DNA from: a virus | Taxonomy: Duplodnaviria; Caudoviricetes | Reading direction: 5' to 3' (one strand) | Length of the DNA: 64,000 nucleotides | Virus record (IMG/VR): IMGVR_UViG_3300037483_000925 | Span: 20,047 to 84,046 of that record | Shown: one piece after another, positions 10,186 to 19,132 of the stretch | Numbering within the stretch: position 1 is the first letter of the stretch | Layout: every line of letters begins with the position of its first letter | Translations under genes and position numbers: made by a program | The notes under the pieces: generated by a model | What the model saw: the letters and a program-made list of their open reading frames with translations, nothing else | Databases searched by the model: none | What the model was told of the DNA's origin: nothing

Positions 10186-10677
10186 TTACCAGGGACTGAA
10201 GCCGAACATGAACTTCAGATCGGAGACCCCGGCATAGGTCGGCGTGCCTGTGGTCTTAACCAAGGCATACACAGTGCTCTTGTCATCGGCCTTGACTACC
10301 TTATCGATGCCGGTCAAAGTAGCCACTGCGCTGTCGGCGGAATCCACGTAGTCCCCGGCATCGACCTCGATCACGCCCAGGCAATCGAGCATGTCCGTGT
10401 CATGGATGTCCAATGCCGAGTTGTCGGTATAGGTCCCAGCATCGGGATCGGCCTTAAAGAAGAATATCTTGAGAGCGGCCTTCTGGGCAGCAAGGTCCTG
10501 GACGGTAATAGACAACAACTTGCCCATGCCTTCCCTGATGGATGCCAGGGCCAAGGCCAGGGTCAATTTGCCGCCGATGCAGTCATTGGCGGAATAGGCT
10601 CCAGCGGTGATTGCCGGGGTGACTTCAATGAGGGTGGGTCTTAATTCGAGAAGTTGATTGATTCTTTGCAGGCTCAT
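10186..10677 (-). CDS. Hypothetical structural-module protein
   Basis: GGAGG RBS upstream; located downstream of the capsid genes. Confidence 0.6.
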   Translation of the reverse strand: MSLQRINQLLELRPTLIEVTPAITAGAYSANDCIGGKLTLALALASIREGMGKLLSITVQDLAAQKAALKIFFFKADPDAGTYTDNSALDIHDTDMLDCLGVIEVDAGDYVDSADSAVATLTGIDKVVKADDKSTVYALVKTTGTPTYAGVSDLKFMFGFSPW

Positions 10678-10752
10678 TTCGTAGACCTCCATTCAGACCC
10701 CAAGAGGGGTCAGTGGTTGAAGTCCTTGGGTGTCTGAATATAGGCCACGGCT

Positions 10753-11016
10753 TTAAGCTCCGGCCTTGGGCACCGCCTGGGGGACCCGGGGCGGGGCAGA
10801 AATCGGGGGAGGCGGCGGCCCGGGGGCCGGGGGAACCTCCTCGTCATAGTCCATCTCCCTCAGTAACTCAATGGCCTCGGGGTCGTCGGTCTCGCACTCC
10901 AGGAAGCCGGATGGCCCCCGGGCGAACTCGAACAGTGCTCGCTCGTCCTTCCAGATGACTGCCGGCAGCATGTGCTTTGGATGGGTCCTGTTGGTGGCCT
11001 TATAGAATTTGGCCAT
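10753..11016 (-). CDS. Small protein with a Pro-rich tail
   Basis: RBS present; late-operon position. Confidence 0.6.
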   Translation of the reverse strand: MAKFYKATNRTHPKHMLPAVIWKDERALFEFARGPSGFLECETDDPEAIELLREMDYDEEVPPAPGPPPPPISAPPRVPQAVPKAGA

Positions 11017-11074
11017 GATAACCTTCCTTTCTTGGTGCTGCGGCGGGGCCGGGTTTCCCAGGCCCCGGAAAAGG

Positions 11075-11905
11075 TTAGGCCGAAGGGCTCGCGCTCGGGC
11101 TGACCGAAGGGCTCAGGCTCGGGCTTTCGCTCGGGCTTATACTTGGTGAAATTGAGGGGCTCAGGCTTGGGCTCAAACTCGGGCTGGGCGAGGGACTCAA
11201 GCTCGGGCTTGGACTTGGGCTTTCGCTTGGGCTTATACTCGGCGATATCGAGGGACTCAATGACGGACTAGCCGAGGGCGATGTACTCGGACTTGCGCTT
11301 GGACTGAAGCTCGGACTCAGGCTTGGGCTGGGCGATGGGCTCAGGCTTGGCGAGGCCGAAGGCGATGCACTCGGGCTTATGCTCGGAGAGATCGACGGGC
11401 TCAAGCTGGGGCTGGGTGACGGGCTCAGGCTCTGACTCACGCTCTGCGCACTCGTGGCCGCAGTGGTGATGCTGATGACGCAGGTCTTCTGCGACGCCGT
11501 ATAGCCCAGGATGGTGGCCTGGGCGATGGTCAGGGTCACAGCCTCGCCATTAAGCCAGGATGCTGCGTCACCGGATACCACCACTGAGGCCACACCCTCG
11601 ACAAAGGTCAATGTCGTGGACGGGATGGTTGCGGTCCCGGCAGTGCTGGTATCCGCCACGGAGACGCCAGTGGCGATGGCCTTGTTGAACCAGGTATGGA
11701 CCTTCCCGGCAGCGGTCTGGAGCTCTATGAAGACGGTCTTGGTCCAAGCTGCCTCGGTGGCCACGTGATTGTACAAAGCCGGGGACACCACGAACAGCAG
11801 ATCCCCCGACAGCGCCTTGGCAAACAGGGCCAGCTGATCCCGACTGGCAGGCTTCAGGCCCAGGTCCAGGCTGGGAGCGGGGGGCTTTTGCGTTCCTCTT
11901 GCCAT
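11075..11905 (-). CDS. Capsid-adjacent protein with a ~120-aa Ser/Pro (SPSx) tail
   Basis: N-terminal ~150 aa paralogous to 11918..12484; C-terminal SPSx repeats. Confidence 0.8.
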   Translation of the reverse strand: MARGTQKPPAPSLDLGLKPASRDQLALFAKALSGDLLFVVSPALYNHVATEAAWTKTVFIELQTAAGKVHTWFNKAIATGVSVADTSTAGTATIPSTTLTFVEGVASVVVSGDAASWLNGEAVTLTIAQATILGYTASQKTCVISITTAATSAQSVSQSLSPSPSPSLSPSISPSISPSASPSASPSLSPSPSPSLSPSFSPSASPSTSPSASPSLSPSISPSISPSESPSPSPSLSPSPSPSLSPSLSPSISPSISPSESPSLSPSVSPSASPSA

Positions 11906-11917
11906 GATCCCCCTCCT

Positions 11918-12484
11918 TTAGGCCGACGGGCTGGCGCTCGGGCTGGCCGAGGGGCTTTCCGACGGACTCTTGCTCGGACTGGCGCTCGGGCTCAGGCTGG
12001 GACTGGCACTCGGGCTCTTGGACGGACTCAGGCTATGGGTGACGACGGTGATCACGCCGGTGGAGGCCGCGGTCACGGTATAGCCCAGGATGGTGGCCGA
12101 GGCCACGGTTACGGTGACCTTCTCACCGACGAGCCAGGCTGCGGCGTCGCCGGATACCACCACAGCAGCAACGCCGTTGACAAAGGTCAGGGTGGTCGAA
12201 TCCAGGGAAGCCGTACCCGCATCACTGGTATCGCCTATGGACACCCCGGAGGCAATGGCCTTGTTGAACCAGGTATGGACCTCGCCTTCGGCGGTCTGCA
12301 ATTCAACGTAGAATGTCTCGGTCCAGGCGGCGGCCGTGGCCACCAGCACGTCGGTGGCCGGGTAGATCACCAGGGACATGTCACCGGCCATGGCCTTGGA
12401 GTACAGGGTGAGCTGATCCCTCAGCGCGGGCTTGAGCCCAAGATCAATGTCCGGGCTCGGGGGGGTCTGGGTTCCTCTTGCCAT
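11918..12484 (-). CDS. Capsid-adjacent protein with a short Ser/Pro tail, possibly a decoration protein
   Basis: First gene after the major capsid gene; shares the MARGTQ start and core with 11075..11905. Confidence 0.8.
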   Translation of the reverse strand: MARGTQTPPSPDIDLGLKPALRDQLTLYSKAMAGDMSLVIYPATDVLVATAAAWTETFYVELQTAEGEVHTWFNKAIASGVSIGDTSDAGTASLDSTTLTFVNGVAAVVVSGDAAAWLVGEKVTVTVASATILGYTVTAASTGVITVVTHSLSPSKSPSASPSLSPSASPSKSPSESPSASPSASPSA

Positions 12485-12551
12485 GATACCTACCTCCTCA
12501 GGCTGCGGGCGGGGCCTGGGCTACCAGGCCCCCACCAAGCAGTAAGATATT

Positions 12552-13511
12552 TTAACTGGTGGTCAGGCCGGTGATGGTCCCGTGGTACTCCTCGGGGCCG
12601 TGGTCAAGGCCGATCTGGCCGTAGATCATCTCGGTGTCGGCGGCGCCGGTCTTGGACAGGACGTCCCGGAACAGGACCCCCTTGTTGGGCACCGGGCAGA
12701 ACACCGGCTTGCAGACGCTCAGCTCGGCCACTAGCATCGTGTCGGTGGGCATGAACGGAGCCCAGACGATGCCCAGCATACCGAAGTCCATCTCGATCTG
12801 CTTGATGTTCACCCCGCCCACGTTCCGATCGTCCGGGGCGTAGCCGTAGATGTTGGTCAGTTTCTGCTTCTGGAAGGCGTTGACGAAAATGACCGCGTTC
12901 TGGAACAGGGAACCGTTGCCCGCCATGGTCCGGAATAGCTGGTCGCACAGGTCCTTGGTCAGGGGGGCGGTGCCTGCGGCCACGGTGTTCGTGGTGCAGG
13001 CGGAGACCATGCCCCGGCTCTTGGCCGCTACTGCGGCGGAGGTGGCCTGCTGGTAGGTGCCCTGGAGGAAGGTATACTCGATATCTACGGCCACCTGCTG
13101 GAGCGTGGCCGCGGCCTGCCAGTCCATCTCGTTTCCCACGGGCTGGGGTCCCAGCATCACGTTCCCGGCCCCGGACACGTACACGGTCCCGGTCACGGAC
13201 TGTTTGGCGTAGGACGCGCTGATGGTCTTCTCGAAGATTTGGACGGTGTTGACGTCCTGGCCCCTCACGTAGGACTTGAGGTAGGTGGAGGCCGTCAGAG
13301 ACGCGGTCTCGGTGATGGCCGGCTGGGCCGCCGTCTCCAAGGACCAGGGCTGGGCCACGGGGAACTCGAATGCCTGGACGGTGGCGATGGCCCCACCCTG
13401 GAGCCCGCCGATCATGTTTAGGAACGGGGTCTTGATGGCCCCGATCAAATACAATTCCCCGACAAAGTTGGGGACATTCCATACGGTCGCGGCAGCGCTT
13501 ACATTTGCCAT
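12552..13511 (-). CDS. Major capsid protein (SU10/DUF5309-like, HK97 fold)
   Basis: 319 aa, follows the scaffold gene; KTPFL, NTVQIF and DIEYTFL.G motifs. Confidence 0.85.
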   Translation of the reverse strand: MANVSAAATVWNVPNFVGELYLIGAIKTPFLNMIGGLQGGAIATVQAFEFPVAQPWSLETAAQPAITETASLTASTYLKSYVRGQDVNTVQIFEKTISASYAKQSVTGTVYVSGAGNVMLGPQPVGNEMDWQAAATLQQVAVDIEYTFLQGTYQQATSAAVAAKSRGMVSACTTNTVAAGTAPLTKDLCDQLFRTMAGNGSLFQNAVIFVNAFQKQKLTNIYGYAPDDRNVGGVNIKQIEMDFGMLGIVWAPFMPTDTMLVAELSVCKPVFCPVPNKGVLFRDVLSKTGAADTEMIYGQIGLDHGPEEYHGTITGLTTS

Positions 13512-13554
13512 AATTTATTTTCTCCTTTTATCTGCCCGACCATTGGAGCGGTCA

Positions 13555-14424
13555 TCAACCGGTGAAGGTCGGGTCCTCCTTGAAGATCGCGTTCTTGAGG
13601 GCGACCATGGCCACCGTATTACCCCTGGTCTTGGCCTCGGTATACTGGTCCTTCATGGTCTGGAGGGCGTTCCTCGGCCCCGAGGCGGCTCCGCCTCCGG
13701 CACCGCTGCCCGAGGCCTGGGAGCCTTTAAGCATCAGCTTGCTATTCGGGTGCGAGCGGATCAGCACCTCGATGGCCTCCTCTGGGGAGGCAAGCACCCT
13801 GGGATTGGAGGGGGAGTAGATCTCCTCGCCGTTGACCTTGGCCACCACCACGGGGTCGCCGCCGTTCTCGGCAGGCACGACCTCGAAGGCGTTCCCGAAC
13901 ATGGTATAGAGCACCTCCGGGAAATAGTTCTCGGCCACGGACTCCTTGATGAACTGGGAGGCTTCGAAGGCGCCCCGGACCATCAGGTTGCGGATGACCC
14001 GGTCCTGGTTCCCGGTCCGGGCCTCGAAGTCCACCAGCTTAGTCTTGTAGTCGGCGTCCAGGTTCCCGTACTTGGTCTCCCAGGCCTTGTTGACCTCGTC
14101 AATGGCCTTCTGCTTGAGCTGCTCCACCTTGCCCGCCTCCACGAATTGCTTGTCCTCGTAGTTGGCGACGGTGGCCAGCGCCTCCTTGGCCTTCTCGGCA
14201 TCCAGCCCCTCGAACGGGGTGGCGGCCTCCTCCAATTCCTTGATCCGGATGCGGTACTTCCCGGCCTCGTTGTTGGCCTCGGTGATCTGCGCACGCAGCC
14301 TCACCACGTCCTGGCCGGTCTCCATCCCCTTGTCGTCGACCCATACGGGGTTCCCCGCCTGGTCCAGGACCGCCAAGCTGACCTTGGCCCCCTCGATCTC
14401 GATCTCCTGTAGTTTCCAAGGCAT
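13555..14424 (-). CDS. Capsid scaffolding protein (DUF6651-like)
   Basis: N-terminal coiled coil, IYS...P..LA..EEAIE motif, Gly-rich linker; directly upstream of the major capsid gene. Confidence 0.75.
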   Translation of the reverse strand: MPWKLQEIEIEGAKVSLAVLDQAGNPVWVDDKGMETGQDVVRLRAQITEANNEAGKYRIRIKELEEAATPFEGLDAEKAKEALATVANYEDKQFVEAGKVEQLKQKAIDEVNKAWETKYGNLDADYKTKLVDFEARTGNQDRVIRNLMVRGAFEASQFIKESVAENYFPEVLYTMFGNAFEVVPAENGGDPVVVAKVNGEEIYSPSNPRVLASPEEAIEVLIRSHPNSKLMLKGSQASGSGAGGGAASGPRNALQTMKDQYTEAKTRGNTVAMVALKNAIFKEDPTFTG

Positions 14425-14484
14425 CTTCGTTCTCCTCCGGGGTCATCCCCGGTTGTCTCATCCGGCCTCCAGGGCCGGGGCCAC

Positions 14485-14535
14485 AATAAAAAAGCCCCGG
14501 GGAGCCAGGAAATGTCCACTGGCTCACCCGGGGCT
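14485..14535 (-). terminator. Rho-independent terminator-like hairpin
   Basis: AGCCCCGGG(T)GAGCCAG pairs with CTGGCTCCCCGGGGCT (16 bp, one bulge), followed by TTTTTATT on the minus strand. Confidence 0.7.
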
Positions 14536-14575
14536 GAATCAGAATCTTTAGTTTAAAGGCTGATCAAGAATCCCG

Positions 14576-14734
14576 TCAGACAACCTGTCTTTGGATGGTC
14601 ACTTGTGCATCCCTGATCCCTCCCTGATGAAGTTTAACGGAAACAGCAATTTCCCCATTGGTTTTGGCCTCACGGCCAGCCTCCAGGGCCTTCTGAAACT
14701 GCTCAATGATTTTTGCCTGTTTCTCATTCGGCAT
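14576..14734 (-). CDS. Small protein, 52 aa
   Basis: Manual translation MPNEKQAKIIEQFQKALEAGREAKTNGEIAVSVKLHQGGIRDAQVTIQRQVV; below the ORF-track cutoff. Confidence 0.55.
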   Translation of the reverse strand: MPNEKQAKIIEQFQKALEAGREAKTNGEIAVSVKLHQGGIRDAQVTIQRQVV

Positions 14735-14782
14735 TTCCCTTATAATAAATTACTTTTTAGAAAATACCTAAGATAATTTTTA

Positions 14783-14968
14783 TTAATGGTAAAAAAATAA
14801 TTTATTTTTTTCAGTCCAGACATATTTTCCCGTTTGGCCCTCGAGTGCTTTATCATGCAAAAATTGACCAGAGGTAAAAGGGACAGGAATCCCCTCGGGG
14901 AAGGCCCTACACTTTGGAATCAAGTCCTCTCCGAATTGAAAATATTTACAATTTATGCATCCTTTCAT
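14783..14968 (-). CDS. Small Cys/His protein downstream of the MuF-toxin gene, candidate immunity protein
   Basis: CxxC...C.AFP.GIP...G...H; ATGA-coupled to the toxin stop and shares its low GC. Confidence 0.6.
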   Translation of the reverse strand: MKGCINCKYFQFGEDLIPKCRAFPEGIPVPFTSGQFLHDKALEGQTGKYVWTEKNKLFFYH

Positions 14969-16764
14969 TTCTTTATCACCACTACTTTCTTAGGATTAAA
15001 AACAATGATTTGGTTACCACCAACAACTGCCGTTAAGGAACGCTCTTTAATTATTATAGAATCATATCCCATTTCCTTAATCGCTTGAGTCATTGCAGCG
15101 ATCCTTGTATCCCAAGTAAATCCATTTTCTTCTTTAAATTTTCTTTGATTAATCATCCAATTTTCACTTCCTTGAGGAAACTTTTCATTTACTTGTTCAA
15201 GTAAATTTAAATTTTTATCTATCATTTTTCTTTCTATTGGGTCGGCGACATCTCTAATTTTTAATCTAAATTCTCTTGCGATTTCATCTTGTCCGCCAGT
15301 AAGTATTAAAGGATTATCTAATTTAAGTTTTAATGTCATTGTTGTTTGTTTAAAATCTTCTAAGTTACGATAAAGAGCTACTGTCTCTTTATCAATAGCA
15401 ACATAAACTCCATCTCCCCAGACCCTGCCAAATGCTTTTATCGAAAGATCAAAACCTTCCTTTTCAATAGCCTTAGCAGAATCTAAACTGGTCACATGAT
15501 ATACATCTTTAGTATATTGACTGCCTTCAATAAATTTCTCTGCTTCTATTCTAGTCATAGCTGATTTCCATTCTATCTTTCCAGCTCCAAGCCCGGGCAA
15601 TTCCCCCATCCCCAGCCCCCCGACCCCCTCCGGGCCGCCGTACCCCCGGAGCCCGGTCCAGGCCCCGGGCTTGCCCTCCAGGAGCCGGAGCCTGCCCGTG
15701 GCCGGGTCCACCAGACCGGAGAAGGAGACCTTGCCCTCGTCGATGAGGCCAAGGCGCCCCGGACCCACTATGGCCAGTCGGTCCTCATGGAGCAGCTTGG
15801 GGAACAGGTCCGAGAACGAGCCCTGGTGGAATCCTTGCATCTCGGGCGGTCTATAGGCCCGGCCGATGTCGATGACATCCTCGGATTTGGTCCAGGGTCT
15901 GTACGCCTTGTCCATCTCGTCGATGTCCAGGCCTAGCTCCCGCCAGGTTGCCGTCACGGGCAACAAAACACATCGTCAGCGATGATGCAAGGGACAAGCC
16001 GGAGGTTTTTCTGGATAAATATACTCATTCCCGTCCAAGGCGGCGCATTGTAGACAGGTGCCCCGACCCCTTTTGCCCCCAACTTCCAGCGTGGCGCACC
16101 ATCTTTCACCCTTGACGATATCCCGATTAGCGGCATAAACAGATTGCATGGCCCCGACATTGGCGCTCTGCACGTAGGTCCTGGCCAGGGTCACGGCCTC
16201 GGTCCGGGTCATGTCCCAGCCCTGCATGATCCTATCCACCAGGTCCGGGTAGCCCTCGCCCTTGAGCATCCCGGCCATGATCTCGTTCTTGATGCCCGAG
16301 ACCATGTTCCGGTCGAAGGTCCGGCCCACCCAGTCCTGGAGCAGCCTGCCCCCGACCGGGGTCTCGATGGCGAGGGACCGGACCTGGGCGGCGGTCAGGG
16401 CCAGGGCCTGAAAGGGGACCCTGCCATCCCAGGACAGGATATCCCCGTGCATAGCCAGGGAGGCGGAGCCGGCGTGCCCCGCCATGTCCGCAATATGGCC
16501 GGTGAGATAGTTCTCGATGCCCTGGGTCATAGAGCCGAGCTCGTCCAGCAGGGCCATGGACCTCTCCTCGTCCCAGGTAGATGGAACAAAAAGAGCACCC
16601 TTGGCCCTGGCCTCCAGCTCGGCCATGATCTCGTTCTGGGCCTGGCCCACGGCCTTGAGCAGGGGTTTGAGCGAGGCCTCAGTGAAGCCGTCGAGCTGGT
16701 CCTGCCAGGCCGCCATCCTGGCAAGGCGGATCAATTCCTCAGTTTTTTTGGTAGAGATGGGCAC
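14965..16764 (-). CDS. MuF/SPP1 gp7 head morphogenesis protein fused to an ART-like toxin domain, with one in-frame UGA (putative Sec263)
   Basis: ORFs 15976..16764 and 14965..15966 are in the same frame, separated only by a TGA inside C..C..LDG...PLHHR*RC. The C-terminal domain has YHVT, GDGVY, LDNPL, GYDSII and QIIVFNP motifs. Confidence 0.8.
15947..15978 (-). promoter_or_regulatory. Bacterial SECIS-like element
   Basis: UGA, 11-nt spacer CGAUGUGUUUU, then stem-loop GUUGCC-CGUGAC-GGCAAC with GU at loop positions 2-3. Confidence 0.65.
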
Positions 16765-17060
16765 TAATTATTTCCCATGCAACTCAAGGCCCATTCTTTT
16801 GCCTTGATAAAGGAAATGACCCCTTTTAACTCCTTATAACCGGATGGCCCCTCTAAGGTCCACCTTCTCAATCTTGCAGCTGGCCACCAAGTCAGCTTAT
16901 GTCCCAGAATCTCCCAAGAGACGGAAATCAACAGGACTGGCTCATTGCAATCGCAATTAAAGACACCGATCTCAAAACTCATATTGCCCCTGGACAAATG
17001 GTATTGCGTTATAAGTCCCTTGGGGAAATCATTCATGGTAATTTCGGGAACTTCGGCCAT
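16764..17060 (-). CDS. Hypothetical protein
   Basis: RBS and a promoter-motif variant upstream; stop overlaps the MuF GTG start. Confidence 0.6.
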   Translation of the reverse strand: MAEVPEITMNDFPKGLITQYHLSRGNMSFEIGVFNCDCNEPVLLISVSWEILGHKLTWWPAARLRRWTLEGPSGYKELKGVISFIKAKEWALSCMGNN

Positions 17061-17084
17061 TTTATATCTCCATTATCGCAAATC

Positions 17085-17390
17085 TCATTTCCCCTCCAGC
17101 CTCCGGACCCGGTCCCTCTGCTCATCAACCGTGGTCCTTAATTCCTTCATATGCTGGCGCACGGTGGGGTCGGTGGCATAACTGGCATCGACCCCATACC
17201 TGTCCTCCAGCTTCCAAAGGCGGTCCTGGGAGGTCGACAGCTTGTCCGACTCGATCTTGTAGTCCAGGCGCCGCTCGATGGCCTTGACATCCTGGCACTT
17301 GGCGTAGTTGGCATCCAGGAAAAAGTAGATGCCGAAGGCCATGCCGACGATCGTCAGGACCGTCACAATGGCACCGATCTTGTCTTTCAT
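17085..17390 (-). CDS. Single-TM coiled-coil protein, holin-like candidate
   Basis: N-terminal hydrophobic helix; next to the 3D-domain gene. Confidence 0.5.
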   Translation of the reverse strand: MKDKIGAIVTVLTIVGMAFGIYFFLDANYAKCQDVKAIERRLDYKIESDKLSTSQDRLWKLEDRYGVDASYATDPTVRQHMKELRTTVDEQRDRVRRLEGK

Positions 17391-17833
17391 TGTTCCCCCT
17401 CCCTAACCACCCTGACCATAGCCTTCCTGATCCCGAACGCCAGGGCCTTTCCGTGGCTTGGGATCCAAATGTCGACGCGATACCCTCTCCATTGAGTAGG
17501 CATTAAATCGGCGAAAACAAACCTCCCTACTCCGGTGACCTCGATGGTGCAGCCAAACCGGTAGTCGTACTGTCCTGGACCCCTGTAGAGGCCCAGGTCC
17601 TTCGCCAGCTTCCGGGAAAGGGCAATGGGCGGCCTGCCATGCTGCTCTTGGATTTCGGCCGTTCTTGGCCCTGATGTCGTTCTTCCCTTCAGGCAATAGG
17701 CTGTGATCGTGGCTTGGCGAGCAGATGATGATTGTGTCATTGTCTGCTCCATTGCCTGAATAGGTAATGGTTGGCACTGTTCCGGAAGTGGATTTGGGAT
17801 TAGAAGAAGGATAGCAGTTAACCATAATCTCAC
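17387..17833 (-). CDS. 3D-domain (MltA-like) cell-wall hydrolase with a signal peptide
   Basis: ITAYC..G.T.SG, IA..., ADL..., RVDIW motifs; hydrophobic N-terminus. Confidence 0.75.
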   Translation of the reverse strand: MRLWLTAILLLIPNPLPEQCQPLPIQAMEQTMTQSSSARQATITAYCLKGRTTSGPRTAEIQEQHGRPPIALSRKLAKDLGLYRGPGQYDYRFGCTIEVTGVGRFVFADLMPTQWRGYRVDIWIPSHGKALAFGIRKAMVRVVREGEQ

Positions 17834-18255
17834 TCGTGCTGGCGATTGGGTGCCAACCCGTTATGTCCATGATCCATGATGACTACCTCCCGTGTCATTC
17901 GCCCCATATCATCGTACAGATGACGGAGCAATAGCTATTCCATAGAAACATAAGAAAAATCAGGACAATGATAGCGGCCTTGGCCGGAACAGTCATTTCT
18001 CCAGGCCCGGGGGCTGGTCCCACTCCCCTTCATCCGTGGGCTCATAGCCGGAGCCTATCCTGACTCCCAAGCCCCGGTACTCGGGATCGGGGCCGGGATC
18101 ATCCGCCCCTGCCTCGTCCCAGAGCCTGACCTTAGCCTTCCCGTCCGTCTTACCACAGCATCTTCCCAAGCCCAGGAACTTCCTCATGGCTCCTCCAGGA
18201 AAATCCCCGGGACCTGGCCTCACCCCCCGGTGTTGGCCGGACCCGGGGCCTGCTA

Positions 18256-18573
18256 CTAATCATTCGGTCCGACTCTTTCTCCTGCAATGAATTCGGCTAT
18301 CTTGTCCTCCAATTCCTTGATCCTGACGGCCTTGGAGTCCAGGTTGCAGAGCAGCAATTTGATTGTTGCGTCCTTGTCCTCGATGACCTTCTCCATGCCC
18401 TGGACGAAGGCCTTGACCTGGAGTCTGTTCCTGTTGAACTGCTGCTCCATCTCCTGAAGCCTTTTGTTGGCCTCCTGGGCAGCGTAGTACATCTTGACCT
18501 CGGGATAGGTCCAGGTGGGGAGCTCGGGGAGTTGGTTCTTTTGAAGACTGGATTCATCAAGTTTGCCCATCAT
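18256..18573 (-). CDS. Hypothetical coiled-coil protein
   Basis: ORF with RBS and heptad pattern. Confidence 0.55.
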   Translation of the reverse strand: MMGKLDESSLQKNQLPELPTWTYPEVKMYYAAQEANKRLQEMEQQFNRNRLQVKAFVQGMEKVIEDKDATIKLLLCNLDSKAVRIKELEDKIAEFIAGERVGPND

Positions 18574-18853
18574 CCCTTCCCTTTCTTTTTCTTGGCATGC
18601 TCCCGGTTCTTGATCCCTGCGCTGATCTCGGCGTCCCTTCTGGTATCGGATTCGCCCTCGACCTTGCCCGTAGGCCCCACGATCTTCCAGGGCTTGCCAC
18701 CCTCACCCTTCCTCCTGGCCCTGACATGGACCGGCATCATTGGCCTCCTATCCTAATATTTTTCCCAGCCACTTGGACCATTCCACGAGGCCGGTCCACC
18801 AGACCCAGCACATCCAACCCAAGAACAGGTAGCTCATTAGATTGCCCATGGTC

Positions 18854-19087
18854 TCAGCCTCCGACAGTGGGATTGTATTCGATGACGACCCTGCCCTGCC
18901 TGGCCTTTCTGATCTTGAGGCAATAGACAGGATGAAAGAATGGGAAGACCGGGGCCTCATCCCTGATCGTATTCGAGAGGTAATCATATTCCCAGGGGGC
19001 CACGTACCCAGTCTCGTTATACCTCATGGAGGCTACACTGGCCTGCGTAGGGCCGGGGCTGTCGATGATCCTCTCCACTTCAGCCAT
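18854..19087 (-). CDS. Hypothetical protein
   Basis: Preceded by the GCTATAATA motif and a GGAGG RBS. Confidence 0.6.
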   Translation of the reverse strand: MAEVERIIDSPGPTQASVASMRYNETGYVAPWEYDYLSNTIRDEAPVFPFFHPVYCLKIRKARQGRVVIEYNPTVGG

Positions 19088-19108
19088 TGGTTTTTCTCCC
19101 TCCTTCCC

Positions 19109-19124
19109 ATATTATAGCCGATTC
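19109..19124 (-). promoter_or_regulatory. Phage promoter motif copy (GAATCGGCTATAATAT)
   Basis: Identical core to the copy at 47128; followed by an RBS and ATG. Confidence 0.7.
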
Positions 19125-19132
19125 CGGGAAAA

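Noticed and set aside
11075-11450. Regular short repeats that could be mistaken for a CRISPR array
   Set aside because: There are no unique spacers; the units are in-frame codons for SPSx.
18736-18856. Possible second UGA readthrough after 18854..19087 (38 open codons)
   Set aside because: There is no conserved Cys context and no SECIS-like hairpin recognised. A separate small ORF (MGNLMSYL...) with a GGAGG RBS explains the interval.
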